Below are positions 36,816-50,545 of a DNA stretch of 64,000 nt, piece by piece. Where the stretch lies: assembly GCF_018977255.1 (NCBI RefSeq), contig NW_024704743.1:93746001-93810000 (forward strand), given 5' to 3'. Source of the stretch: Callorhinchus milii. Taxonomy: Eukaryota. The notes below the pieces were generated by a model that was given only the letters and a program-made list of their open reading frames with translations, was not told the DNA's origin and made no database searches. Made by a program: the position numbers and the translations under genes. The stretch's first letter is position 1, and each line of letters begins with the position of its first letter.

Positions 36816-38566
36816 TGAAGGATGAAAAAAAAACGAGTGAGTACTGAAACTAAACTTGCAAAACATTAAGAATCCAGGCTTGAGATGGTGACCCTTTCGC
36901 CACTTGTTTCAAAAGCTGAAAAATCCTTACCTAATACACATAAAGGGAGGAAGTATAAGAGGTGTTCTCCCCTTTTCCTGCTATTTCATCTTCATAAAAG
37001 TCTCTCCCAAGAACTTTTAGTGGCTAGCTGTAGAGCAGTTGATCCATGGATTATGCGGAGCAGGGGAAAGGGAACCTAAACGAAAAGAGAAATGATCACA
37101 AATACCGAGGTTAAGAAAAACTACAATTAATCATTCTCTCAACTGATTAATTCACAGAGAAGTCGTTTGCAATTGCTTCTACAACTGCCATTGAAACCGC
37201 AGCAATGTCTAGGGAATGGTTCAGCACCAGCAGAAGCCTAAAATGCCACCTAGTCTTTGCCTGTAATACTGTTTGTCTTAAATCTTTAGATTGCACAGAA
37301 TTGTGAAAGAAACATAAATTCAGTGTTATTTGGCAATCACTTTTCTACAGTTCTTAAAATCACTGGCTGCCCAGTGAAGATTTTAAAAATGTACACAATT
37401 CCTCACAATCCGAAACGCGGCCCGGCATGAAGGGCGCTATATAAATGCAAGTTGTTGTTGTTGCTGACCTTAAGTTTTAAGACAAAATAGTCTTAAAGGA
37501 TGAGACTTGGTGGGATTTCCTGTATGGATTTGACATAACTCCCTCAACATTCATTCCACATGAAGAAAACGTGATCTGTCACCTACCCTGAATGCATTTC
37601 CTGTGTTACAAAGCAAGAGAATATATGGCTGACATATATTAACCGAAGACATTAGTAAACAGTTCTAACTGTTCACAGTTATAGTTTGTAATTTGGTAGA
37701 GAACAAAGTGTTTGGAATTGATTTCAGCAGATTCTAATTACTACTGTGATAGAATATATCCCTAATATAAGACTGTTTCTTGAATGTGACCATTGTTCCT
37801 CATGTGCCAAATGCATCCTTTGATCTATTTAGCCTGTTTACACTGCAGATGTGAATTTGCAGCTGCTTCACATTCGTAGTAGGATTGTTAATATAAACCG
37901 TGTGGCACTATTTACTCTCAGCCTCGTTTGAAGTTGAAAATCTCCCACCTCTGGGCACCGGATTTGAAGTTAGCTGTGAAATGGCAAATTGACATCAAGC
38001 TGGTACAAATTCCTGTTGTTTTCAGGAATGAAGGGGACCCACATGTATCATGGAGTCATTCGGCTCCCAAGTAAGTGCAGCCTTGCAGTGCAAATATAGC
38101 TTTTGCTCATAGACCAGAGAGAAGCTAAAGCACCATTAACACTAGGATTTTTATTTCAGTGAAAAAAATCTGCTTTTTTCCCCCTATAGCAACACTTCAA
38201 ATCTTCCCACTTTGGAAGAGCCTGTGTTCAGGTTTCTATAGTCTTAACCTTGAAGGGATCTAAAAGCAACTGTCGTCTGGTGTAATCCATAGTCAAGCTG
38301 GTCAAATTCTACAGGGTAAAGTTTATGGTATTCCTTCAATCCTTAACACGTTCCATAAGTTAGCATCAGTGTTAAATAAAGTGCAATACTAATTTAAGAA
38401 ACACTTCAAGGAATTTCCCTGTAGAGGAAATTTCCAAAGTTACCCCTATAGAAACTTTCAGCACAGAAGAAAGCCATTTGGCCTATCCTGTCTGGTACCT
38501 GTTTTTCTAAGTTACCTTTTATATTAGCAATAATTAATTCATTAAAACATAATAATTTTTATAATT

Positions 38567-38598
38567 TGACAGTAATGACAGTAATGACAGTAATGACA
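38567..38598. repeat. 9-bp tandem repeat (tgacagtaa), about 3.5 copies
   Basis: Read directly from the sequence. Confidence 0.9.
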
Positions 38599-38619
38599 CT
38601 AAAGACATTAGTACAAGTC

Positions 38620-38840
38620 AAATCAATAGAATCAGAAAAAAGAATAGAGGCTGAATCAATACAACCATTTAAAAGGGAACTGGTTAACCCCCTGAGAAAT
38701 AAAAATGTTAAAAGTCATGGGGAAAGAGCTGGAAAGTAGAATGAACGAGGAATGGCTCATAATCACTCTGATATTGCAGTGGCATAGAATTGTAGGCCAA
38801 ATGGTCTCCTATGTTGAAAAGCTTCTGTGTTTCTATGGCA
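38620..38840 (+). mobile_element. Old CR1 3' end
   Basis: catttaaaagggaactgg..ggggaaagagc..taggccaaatggtctcct..ttctatg. Confidence 0.6.
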
Positions 38841-38856
38841 TCTTAGCATATGATTT

Positions 38857-39179
38857 GTGTAGTCCTGTAGCTCAGTGGTTAGAGCACTCGCTTTGCAAGC
38901 GAGAGACTTGAGTTCAATTCCAGACAGGGCGAAACCTTGGGCAAGTTTCCTTACTCCACACAGAGCCTAATAATAATCCCTCCAAAACCCAAAACAATAA
39001 TAAATTGGTCATTTTCAATCCACGACTGTTTGTGGGACATTGCTGTGCGCAATTGGCTGCCGCGTTTGCCCACAAATATACAGTCAATTCACTTTACAGT
39101 GTGTTCTGTGAAGCGCTTTGGGATGTCCTCCCGACGTGAAAAGCGCTATATCAAATGCAAGGATTATTATTATTATTAT
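38857..39179 (+). mobile_element. tRNA-Ala-headed SINE, short form (young)
   Basis: Near-identical to 17432-17758. Confidence 0.97.
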
Positions 39180-39329
39180 GATACAGCACACCACTCCTGA
39201 GGCACAGTGACTTTTGAGAAGATTACAGAAAGATGCACAGGAGCTAATTGAGTCATCGTCCAGTTCTCTCTCTGCCTCTGTCTTGCTTTGTAGAGAAGCA
39301 ACTGTCATTTGCTTGTCACCACCTCTTCC

Positions 39330-39470
39330 TACAACAACAAAAGCAACTTGCGTTGATATAGCGCTCTTCAGTTCTGACACCGAGCCAGGGGAGAGGGAGG
39401 GGGGAGGTGACCGTAAGCACGATCAAAAACTAAGGTCTTTAGACGGGATTTGAAAGTGGGGAGGGAGGGG
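39330..39470 (-). mobile_element. Short L2 3' end
   Basis: (caa)n tail; similar to 29355-29505. Confidence 0.7.
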
Positions 39471-41543
39471 GCATTTCAAAAAGTGCAAATCTTTCTGGTT
39501 GACATTTATCATTGAGATGCATCAGTTGACAGGTATAGTTAGTTATGATTTTATGACAATGTTGTATACTCTGCGTAACTTTCTTTCTAAATGGTATGGC
39601 TGGGATTGTGACCTCACTGTGTAGATTGCACTCTTCAGCAGGTTGATAACAACAACAACAGCATCAAGTTGCATTTATATGAATAGAGCCTTTCCTGTCG
39701 AGAGGATGTAAAATTGTGACATCCCAAAATATTATCTACAATTTTTGTTTACAAAAACAGCTTTACAAAAGTGGTGTGTTCATTTTATCAAATCTTCTCA
39801 AAGATTTACAACATTTAATGTCAGTAATCATTTTTTCCTCTTTTGTTTCTTCCTGCAATTTCAGCCCTTCTCTCCCGAAGGCAAAGCTTTGGCTGCACAA
39901 CTTGGATAACTTCACGTAGCCCTCTTCAACTTCAGTCGTCCTCTTCCTCCATCCCTGTAGTTTCAAGAAGTCCAAATTTTTTTGTTTGACATTTATCATT
40001 CGATGCATCAGTTAACAGATGTAGTTAGTTAATGATTTGATGACAATCTTGTACGTTGCATAACTTTCTTTCTAAATCCTGTAGATTCAAATGGGAAAGA
40101 AGGATATAACTATCATCACATTAATTATTTGCAAAGCACTTTTAGATGTTTCAACATGATAAGGTTTCAACATATATAAAGATACAATTTCTTTATATAG
40201 TTTTCTATAGTTTTTCACTATAATACCTGGGAGAAGAGCTGTTGGTGCAGGGCATTAGTGAGAACTCTCTGGTATTCCTGTAGATCTGAGGAGACAAAGC
40301 CGGGCAGATTTGCAGTAATCCAATGCACTATTGATAGTTTACCAACCTGTCTTGCTCACAATGAAACTTGGAGTTGCAGACACATCTACAACCCTCAAAA
40401 TAACACAAAAGTCCTACCTGGACGAGCTGCATAGATACCATTTTCCCCATATATTTGGCTATAACTATAGCGATTACTTTTCCGGATGGATCATTTGCAG
40501 TTGGTTCTAAAGCCTGTATCCACACCATGTTCACCTGCAGCTTTCTGTGAATCATGACCTTCACTCACAGGTTCTTTTGTCTCCAAGAGTCCAACACCTT
40601 ACCTTATCTTTACAGATATACACACAAATTAGGCTTTCATTCAGTTCCGCATTCAGCTACTGAGTATAGACAGGTCACTCATTGTTAAGAGATGAGAGTT
40701 GCTTCCTTTATGGAGAAGTCTGTGACTACAGGCCAATACTGATCATCCAACTCTCCAGCCAGATGCCAGTACAGCTGTAAAGGGCCAAGTACTTTCCAAG
40801 CCTGATAGACGTGCTTTGTTGTTTATTTGAGAAATAATAGCTCGATATCAAGAAATAGTGGTTCACTAAACAGTGGTTTAGATAAACATTAACCTTTACT
40901 CGTTCTTGAAAACAGAGGGTGTTTTGATGTAAACCCTCTAGGGCTGCTACGAGTCAGTGTGATATATAGTAATTCTATACAGATAATAAAGGTTTCCTGG
41001 ACTGACATGCAGTGAAGAAAAATCATTTCTGTGTCATGTATTTCTAAGGTTAACCATCACTTTAAACAACGTGTGGAAAATAGCTCACATGCTGTAAATG
41101 AATCGTGCCAAAACCATTCAGAGGAACTGTCCATGCAAAGGGTTATAATGATGTAACTGGGAACGGCGTCCCTGTGGGAAAAGAGATATTCAGTGCAGGG
41201 ATATTGATTTTAAATAGGTTAATTTAATCCTTATGCAGCTGAAAAGGAATTGCGGGGGATAGCTGAAAACCACAAGCAGAAAGATTTTGTGAATACATTT
41301 TTGCTAAGTAAGTACATTGTGATGGTCTGGCTCCAGCAGTGGTTAGTTCAGTGCTACATGCCATTTCTCAAGTGTCTGGGAAGAGACTTGGGCTGACATG
41401 CCTCAGTTTGTGCAGAACTGAACTACTGTACCAATCCACGCAGTGAAAAGGCTTCAGTAAATAGATACATGCACTGCATCTTTAGTCACATTCCCTGCTA
41501 ATTTGGTTAATTTTTTTTATACATGATGTGAATCTCTTCTACA

Positions 41544-41912
41544 TTGGAGTCCTGTAGCTTAGTGGTTAGACCACTCGCCTCGCAGGTGAGAGACCTGGGT
41601 TCGATTCCCATCAGGGCAAAATGTTGGGCAAGTTTCCTTACTCCACACATCTCTGTTTACCTAGCAGTAAGTAGGAACCCGGTTGTTAGTCGATGCCGGA
41701 TCACTTTTCCGGGGGTAATAATTACTTCAAGAAAATTTTTTAAAAATAATAAATTGGTCACTTCAATCCACGACTGTTTGTGGGGCACTGCTGTGCGCAA
41801 TTAGCTGCCACGTTTCACCCTCAAAATATACAGTAAATTCACTTTACAATATATTCCGTGAAGCGCTTTCAGACATCTTGCTATGTCAAATACAAGAATT
41901 ATTATTATTATT
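41544..41912 (+). mobile_element. tRNA-Ala-headed SINE, long form
   Basis: A and B boxes, CORE-like segment, Deu-like 3' part, (TTA)n. Confidence 0.93.
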
Positions 41913-41929
41913 CCCAAACTTGGGCTCAA

Positions 41930-42108
41930 CATTTCTCGTGTTCTGAGGCTTAAGACTTAAATTAAAAATTTAAGATTGTTGGGAATTTGGGGAAAGTCTT
42001 CAATATTATCTTGTTTGGGGAGACAGTTTTCCGCAATTCGTTTTAAACCCATTTTCAAAAAATCTGCACAAAGGCTACAATTCCTAGGGCTCAGAACATG
42101 AGAAAATG
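41930..42108. mobile_element. MITE-like element
   Basis: catttctcgtgttctgag / ctcagaacatgagaaaatg inverted ends. Confidence 0.6.
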
Positions 42109-43062
42109 CAGGCTTCAACAAACAGCAAATTACATTTACAAAGCGCCTTTGACATCAGGAGAATCAACAACAGCTCAGGCTTATTTTACCATGCAGTATT
42201 TCAGCCCATCCACAACATCTCTTATGTTGGGAGGTTATTTTACATGAATTCAATATTACTGAGGGACCATAACAATGTATTTATTCTACTAAAAGCTGTA
42301 CTATATGAAAAGCTTGGTAAAGGAAGTCCACTGCAGCAATAATCATAACAAGGCTTATGATTATAAGCCTTAATGTCAAAACCTACAGGGTTAATACTAG
42401 CCTGGAAAGGCTTTTAAAGTCCTCCTCTGCCTTTTTTTTGCATGTTAGCTCAGTTTCTCCTGAGCGTCTGCTTCAGCTGTCAATCAGCAGCATGTGCAAG
42501 GTTTTTTGCAAGGATCTGATGTCTGCTTGCCAACTTGTTGTCCAAGGCGATTACTATATGATTTCTCCAGCTGTGGATTCATGCAGACAATTGGAGGATA
42601 TACTGACAGGGGGCTCAGTTCACTCAAAAGTAAACCACAGCAGAGTCGTAGTTGGCCACCTAACTCATGAGACCTGAGAGACCATGAATGATGTTTCATT
42701 CACAAGTGAATAAGACAACTCTTCATTCACCAAGACTAAATCCTTTGCTTCACATTTAACATTTTTGCCAATTTCCTTTGAACAAGCAATTATTGTTGAT
42801 GTGTTGTGGTAACAGTGGGAACAAATGTCAAGAAAAACTACCTTTCATATGTGGTGAATCCAGACAACACAATTGTTCAGATGGATGAAGATTTAGATGC
42901 AATGATTTTTCACTGTCTGAAAATAAATAATAGAGATTACTATTGTCCTGGATTACCAAAGTCAAGACTCCAGTGTTGCTGAAAAAGGATATAAATCCTG
43001 GGAAAGAAATGCAACAGGAATCCATAGATCCTAAACTTGTAGCTCTACCCACTAAGCTACAA

Positions 43063-43424
43063 GTGGAATCCTGTAGTTTAGTGGTTAGAGCACTCGCCTC
43101 GCAAGCGAGAGACCTGGGTTCGATTCCCGACAGGGCAACATGCTGGGCAAGTTTCCTTACTCCACACGCCTCTGTTTACCTAGCAGTAAGTAGGAACCCA
43201 GTTGTTAGTCGATTAGTGGAACGCTTTTCTGGGGTTAATAATCACTTCAAAATATAAATAAAATAATAATTTGGTCATTCAATGTTCATGACTGTTTGTG
43301 GGACATTGCCGCGTTTCGCCCACAAAATATACAGTCAATTCACTTTATAGTGTATTCTGTGAAGTGCTTTGAGATGTCTAGAACATGTGATAAGGCACAA
43401 TATCAAATATATTATGATTATTAC
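43063..43424 (+). mobile_element. tRNA-Ala-headed SINE, long form
   Basis: Anticodon arm CTCGC-CTCGCAA-GCGAG, B box GGTTCGATTCC. Confidence 0.95.
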
Positions 43425-44119
43425 TTAGACTCCTCTTCATAGAGCCCTATACCCCAGTTCCATTCGAGGCAGATTGAAAGTTGAAGCAATATGAGAGGAT
43501 CCAGTAGAAGTAAAATTGACTACAACCCCCACTGGATTCAAGTGGTAAGAATCCCTGTCTCCCAGTGACTGGTCTGCTCCTCCAAGTCATGCTAACAAGA
43601 TAAGACTGCTGGTCCATCATCAAGACTGCCTTGGACTATTGCAGACCTGCCTGGCTCAGTAACCAAACTACCAAGACAGCTGCAGAGGATTGACTCAATT
43701 CCAATATTCTATTGCCAGGCATGTCACCTTGTTGCCAGCTCAGTTCCCAGGAGACTGCTTAGACTCTTAAAATTCGAAGCAATGTGATTTACAGCACACA
43801 TCATGTTAAAGCTGAGAAGTCACTTGCATGCCAAGATTTTTGACCCTTTGCTGTCATGTAGATGGAAAAATGGGAGCTGAAATTGTTATACCCTCATAAA
43901 AGGGATGATTTGGCAATGAAAGATTAGTATTGAGCTGTCCAATAAAATGCTACTCATTGTAGGCAACATACAGTCACTATACTTTACAGTACATCCTGTG
44001 AAGCGCTTTGAGATGTCCTCTCGATGTGAAAGGCACTGTACCAAATACAATATAAGGATCATTATAATTATTTAACTGGGGTTCATTTGCAATGCTTCTC
44101 CCATTCACTTTTAATCATT

Positions 44120-45177
44120 TCATACTGCTTGCACTTCATCTTCACAAACGGCTTCTCCTCTAGCCCCCGGACCGTCTCGTGCGTCGGCCCTCAGGGCTCT
44201 GTCCTTGGTCCCCTCCTCTTCAATATCTATATGCTCCCTCTTGGTGACATCAGCCGCAGTCATGGGGTCAATTCCACATGTATGTGGATGATACCCAACT
44301 GAATGTCTGTCAGATATCAAGTCCTGGATAAGAGCTAACTTTCTTCAGTTGAACGTCAACATGACTGAGGCCCTCCTGTTTGGCTCTCGTCAGGGCCTCT
44401 TCACCTCAGGTGCTGACAGCATCACCATCCATGGTTGCACACTCCACCTTACTGAACCAGTCCGGAACCTTGGTGTCTTATTTGACCCTCAACTATCCTT
44501 TCTACCCCACATCTGCGTTATGACCCGTTCTGCCTTCCCCACCTCCACAACGTCGCCCAGCTCCACCACTGTCTCACACTGCAGGCCGCTGAAACCCTCA
44601 TACATGCTTTGATTACATCAAGACTTGACTATGCAAACTTATTGCTTGTCAGCCTCCCCAACTCCTCCCTCCACAGGCTGCAAATCATTCAGAACTCTGT
44701 AGCCCATGTCCTCTCCCGCACTAGGCTCCGTGACCCTATCACCCCCATCCTTGCCCAACTCCACTGGATTCCCATCACCCAGAGGATACAGTTCAAGATC
44801 CTAGTCCTCACCTTCAAAGCCCTCCATGGACTTGCTACCTTCTACCTCTGCGACCTCTGCTCAGCGGGCTCCAGCCTGCTTCACATCCCCCGCCTCGTTC
44901 GCCCCACCTTTGGCAGCTGGGCCTTCCGCCACTCTGCTCCCACCCTCTGGAATTTCATCCCGCAGTCCCTCTGCCTCGTCCCCTCCCTTGCCACTTTCAA
45001 GACCCATTTCAAGACCCTCCTTTTCGATTGTGCTTTCAATTTCCCTGCTTCCCCACTGCCCTCCACCCTCCCCCACCCCGACCCCCAACTCGGGTCAATA
45101 ACTCTGTTTGTCCAGTGCCTTGGGACATCCTCCCAATGTGAAAGGCGCTTTACAAATGGAATTTTGTTGTTGTTGTT
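44120..45177 (+). mobile_element. 5'-truncated L2 with frameshifts and internal deletions
   Basis: [38 protein letters not shown]; (TTG)n tail; close to the 10081-11570 copy. Confidence 0.95.
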
Positions 45178-48075
45178 TTAGTTTTTTGCAGATTTTCTGC
45201 TATATGCTTTGACTCAGCTATAAAACATTGGGTCAAAATTGTAGTATTCCTGAACATATTTCACTCCTCATCTAAGGAAAATTGTTCAATTGTGTTTAGA
45301 AATATCCATTTCCCCTCCCAAGCCAACGTCTAAATAAAAAAATTAGCCAAATCTGTTTAAAAAGTCCTTAGCACTGCTATTTTGGATTCCTGCATTGGTG
45401 GCAATCATTTCCCTTTCTGACCTTATTCAAGGTTACTGGACTAAACCAATGTTCTGAATAAATTCAGATGGTTGTTTTTTGCACCCAGGGCTGCAGAAGT
45501 GTCACAGGATTTAAGATCGTTCTTTAAATAAGAACAGACGAACACAATGTCTTTAGGAACATGGCAAGTTTGTTCACACTCTTTGAGCTGGAATTCAGTG
45601 TTACTCTCTCCTCTTGCTCTCCAAGCAAGCAAAGGCATTGGAATGCTCTTCAGAGGCTGAGCTGTACCAGCATCCACAGAATAATTGAAAACGCCAAATT
45701 AAAACAAAATCATTTGATAGAACCATCGGGGATGCTGGGGGAGGGGAGTTCTCTTCCTGTGGGTCTGATTCTGTCCTCTTTTTGGCAACTACCAAAGTGT
45801 GATGTGATTGAAATCAGGAGCTCGTTGTATGGGGAATCATCACTTCTGGTTGAAAATTCCTAAGAAAGCCCCTCATACAAGACTAGCTAAAATTGTGGCC
45901 TCCATCAAGATCTCAGCCACACTTGTCTAATCTCTCACATATTGCAATCCATCTCCTAAACAAATGGCATAGTAAGTGTTCTGAGATACATGCGTACATA
46001 TGACTTAAAAGTTAAGTTTGAGGTAAGTTAGAAAATAAAACAGTTAATAATCATGCCGATGCAATGGACCGAATGCCTTCCTTTTGTGCTGAAAGTTCCT
46101 ATATGATACAAGTACTAATATCAGAGTAGATTCAGAATACACTGTACTGAGTTGACAAAGGGAATGTCTAAGCTGCTCAGGCTGCTCCAGGACATCTGTT
46201 CAACCTACTGAGGAGGAGCGTCGGCAGTGAGTCCAAGGTTGGGAGGGATTGTTCAAGCATTAAAACATCCCCCATTTGTCATTGGGGAATTGGGCCATCG
46301 ATACATCAAACCCTTCAACGCATATATACTTTGGATTGGACACATAGTTGGCTTAGGCAGATCTGTTATCCCTGTCTAGTTAGGTTATGCGTGGGTCTCT
46401 CACATGACAAAATTATGTTGTGGGTTGGAAATATGTACATCATACATCATCAGATACATCATCAACGTTAAACCTCAAAGACATCAGCTCATTCCCTCAT
46501 GCATCTGTTGGGAAATTCACTGTCCAGAGTGTGGATCAAAGCCATATAAACCAGGCCCAGGGAGGGAGGAAGGAAGGCCCTGCAGTACCATACCTCAGCC
46601 TGGAATCAAGCCTTCAGTTGGTAATAGGAAATTCCCATCTTAAGCTCATACCACCAAGTCCTATCATTTATGGGTCAATGGAGAATCATGGCATCCCACG
46701 CCAGGCCACCATCACACACATCGAATGTCCAAAATGCATTTTAACACCATTGCTTAAATTATGAATGGAATGTGTTTACAAGTATCACAATTCTGACCCA
46801 ATGATTCAAAATGATTTACCATGTGGGAATGCTTGACTTGAGGCAAAAGCTCTCTGTGACTCAGTTGGGGGGGGCTGACAGACCTTGGACAGGACCTGCT
46901 TTAAGCCATGAGGGATCAATTTCCCATTCTAAGTGCCCACAGCCAAACAATCAACAAATTCAATAACATCCACAGAATAAAATGCTTTACTGGGCAACAA
47001 AGGTCAGAAAAATTACCATAACTCCCAGTGACGTTTATACAGTGAAATGTCTTTTCGTTACCATCATTCTTTTGTGCACACACTTCCCTTTCTTCCTTTT
47101 CATCTTCTTTCTCACAGCACTATCACACCTTGAGGTATTGGGAAGTCCTCCCAATGTGATAGGCGCTATACAAATATAATTTTGTTGTTGTTGTTGTTAA
47201 GGTATAAATGTCATGTTTTCTTTCCTCCAATAATTTGCAGGTACTGTATTTTCAAATGTTATAGAATTGGTGTCACAGAGCATTTCAAAGTCTAGAATAT
47301 GAGGATATTAATTAATTCTATATTAATTAATTGGTACTTTTAGTCAATCAGTGTTAAGGACTTGCCATCATTTTAAATCTACTGTACAATATATAAATTT
47401 GCATTAATACCGACCAACGTCTCCTCAATTCTTTACTGTCACTTGTCACAATGATAATGTAAAATCTCCTGACTCTCACAGCACATGACCCTAAGTGTTT
47501 CCAATGTTTAAGCAGTTCACAAAGACTCCCTCTCAAAAGACTGCGAGCAATAGAACCAGTCTATTCAACTTGCGCCTACACTAATGAAAGTACAGCACTC
47601 GTTGAGGATAAAGTGTTCCCATGTGTGATGAAGTCTTTACTCCAGTGACTGAGCACAGTAAACTGAAGCAATCTGTACAACACATCAAAGTATTCACTCC
47701 CTGCAAGTGGATTATAATAGTTTGATACTGACTGCAGATGCGTGCAGTGTTAGTAGTTGTATTAGCCTTTGATACACCGGTGCTGTGTTAGCATCAAATA
47801 TAGAGATATTCAGATTTGGGACATTTTAGATAATGTTAAAGGTTAGAGGTAAGGTTCAATTCAGGAAGTGCATTTTATATCTTACATTGGAAGAAAGAAC
47901 TTCCATTTTATTGTTCGCATAATGCCTCAATGTTTCAAAACGCCTCAAAGTAATAATTGTAACTATACATAGTCACTGTTTAGTTAAAACATACCAAAAC
48001 ACCAACCTGCGGCCTTATCACTGGAGTGTGGTGATCACTAATGACCTTTTGCAAAACCACAATAGCCCATTGAGA

Positions 48076-48198
48076 AGAAATTCCACCTGGGTGCAGATTT
48101 ATTCAATTTCCACAGCATTTTAGCAACAAATTGACAAATTCTGGATGTTCTGAAACGCTACTTAAATAAAAGTAAATCTAGATCCAGGTGGAATTTCT
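48076..48198. mobile_element. Short palindromic MITE-like copy (family of 15599-15836)
   Basis: agaaattccacctgggtgcagattta versus reverse complement of the right end agaaattccacctggatctagattta (23/26). Confidence 0.75.
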
Positions 48199-48654
48199 CT
48201 CCAGCATTAGTCAAGTGACATGTCTCTTGTCTGGCGTGAGGTGTAGGATTCGAAGGCTATTGGGTCCACATGTCTGCTTTGCCCTGGAATTGAAAGTCAT
48301 GGATTAACAGTTGCTTGGTGCACGTTTATAATCAAATCCCTTCATATATGATATGAACCGACTTTCAAAATGAGTTTCACATTCAAATGCTTGATTGGCA
48401 AACTGGTATGCAGCCTTTTTAAAAAAAAACAGACCACAACCACTTTGAAAAAACAAAGCTAGTTTTGAAAATTAAATCTGGCTCCAATACTAGCATATTG
48501 GAAAGTAAAACTTCCAAAGAAACATCAAGTGTAAGCCGTTATTAAATTAATCTTCCTCCACAAAGTTTCCAGTCATTTGAGGAAGGAGGTGTGTGTCTCC
48601 TGATTTTTTGAGCCGTAATTTAATGTCTACAAGCTGCAGTTTTAGAAAACCTGA

Positions 48655-49020
48655 TAATAAAATAATAGTAATAATTCTTGCATTTGATGTTGCAGCTTTC
48701 ACGTCTTGAGGTTGTCTCAAAGCACTTCACAGGATGGTAAATTTTGAAGGTGAACACAGCAGCCAATTTGCTCGCACCAATGTCCCACAAACAACAATGA
48801 AGTGTATGATCAAATTTATCTGGGGGAATTGTTAGCCAGGACACCAGAAGAAATGCCCTTCTCTTTTAGAATAGTACCATGGGATCTTTAACATCCACTT
48901 GAGCAGGCAGATGGGACCTTGACTTTACATCTTCTACGAAGGATGGCATCTCCAACATTGCAAAGCTCCCCCAGCACTGCATTGGAGTATCAGCATAGAA
49001 TTTGTCAGTTCAAAGTCCCA
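48655..49020 (-). mobile_element. Deu-domain (SacSINE1-like) SINE
   Basis: gccaggacacc..atagtaccatgggatctttaacatccac..ggatggcatctccaaca..ctcccccagcactgcattggag. Confidence 0.85.
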
Positions 49021-50254
49021 ATATAGGTTACATTTTTTAATAGTTTTTTTTAGAATTTAGACTTTGGTATATGTGGACGTTATTGCCCATATAGTTAAGT
49101 AGCAAAAAGATGGCATCTTAAATCAACTATATGACATCTATCAGACAGCCTCTATGTAAAGCAGTACTATTGACCCTATGTGTAGACCTTGTGGACCTCA
49201 CATTGATGTAGTAGTTTNAAAAAAGTATTCATGGGAGCAGGAAGTTTGTACAGAGATTATATTAAACACTATGCAATCCAGCAAGTTGGTAGATCATGCT
49301 TGATGGGCTGTTCCTACGTATATAAGCACAGTAGTACCACTGACACAAATTCAACAGCGGGGAGAACCTCAGTTAATCTTCCAACTAATATTGCCCAATG
49401 GTGCTGCTTTGATCTTAATCAAAATCCAGTATCAAGCAATTAGTCCTGATTAAAAATATCAGAGATTCAAAATGAAATATAAGATCGCCCCAAAATCCAC
49501 AAAGAATGGAATGATTATTATTATTAGCCTCGCAGTTTTGAAGTTCTGCAATGAGACAGTTTGAAACTTCTAAGGATGCTAGATTTGCCATTGTGTGCCA
49601 TCTGTTCCCATAAAGCAGTATGTGTGGAGTTAAACTGCTGTTCACTGAATGTTTCTTTGCTTTCTTTCCGCCTGCAACACAGTATAATTCCTTAAATATT
49701 TTTATTGCTCAGTAATTGTTCATTTTTCTAATTGCTTGTAACTTTCTCCACATTTCCACAACATAAGGTAATAATTGAATTTTCATGAGATTTGTCTTTT
49801 CTCTTACATGACTCTTAATCTTTACTCTATTTAACTTTTTAAACTACAGGGGTAATAATAATAATAATCCTTGCATTTGATATAGCGCTTTTCACGTCTT
49901 CTAGACGTTAATAAACTATATCCAGGCCCAGATGGAATGTATTTATTATAATTTATAAATGTTATATTTGTAATTATTAATATTAGTTTTCTCTCCATCA
50001 AAGAGTAAAGAAATGACAAAATAGATCCATATGATACAATTACTTTCTCATTATCTATATCAATAAAATGACAATGTTGGTGTGTGTGTATCAGCCTAGA
50101 TCTCAATAACCAATTGATGTAGAGACATGATTATACCTCATCGGAAAGGCCTTGCATCTAGGAGTGTAATGGGCATATGGTTTTCAGGGATCTCTATTGT
50201 TTATCAGCTATGTCCTAAACAAGCTCATTACACATGTATGGCAGTTATGGCAAT

Positions 50255-50545
50255 TTCAAGATCCTCACCTTTATATACAAGTCACTGCACTCCTCTGCAC
50301 CCCCCTACCTCTCTGACTTCCTCTCTCCTCAAAACAGTATCCGTTCCCCTCGTTCCTCTGGGTCTGGCCTCCTCCTCGTCCCCCGAGTCCTCCGCTCCAC
50401 CCTCGGCGGCTGTGCCTTCAGCCACTATGCCCCGAGGCTCTGGAACTGCCTTCCTCACTCCCTTCGTCTCGCTCCCTCCCTTCCCATTTTCAGGTCTCTG
50501 CTGAAGACTTTTCTTTTCGACCGCACCTTTGGTCACCTTCCTCCC
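50255..50545 (+). mobile_element. L2 3' ORF fragment lacking its normal tail
   Basis: FKILTFIYKSLH..AFSHYAPRLWN..LKTFLF. Confidence 0.9.
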
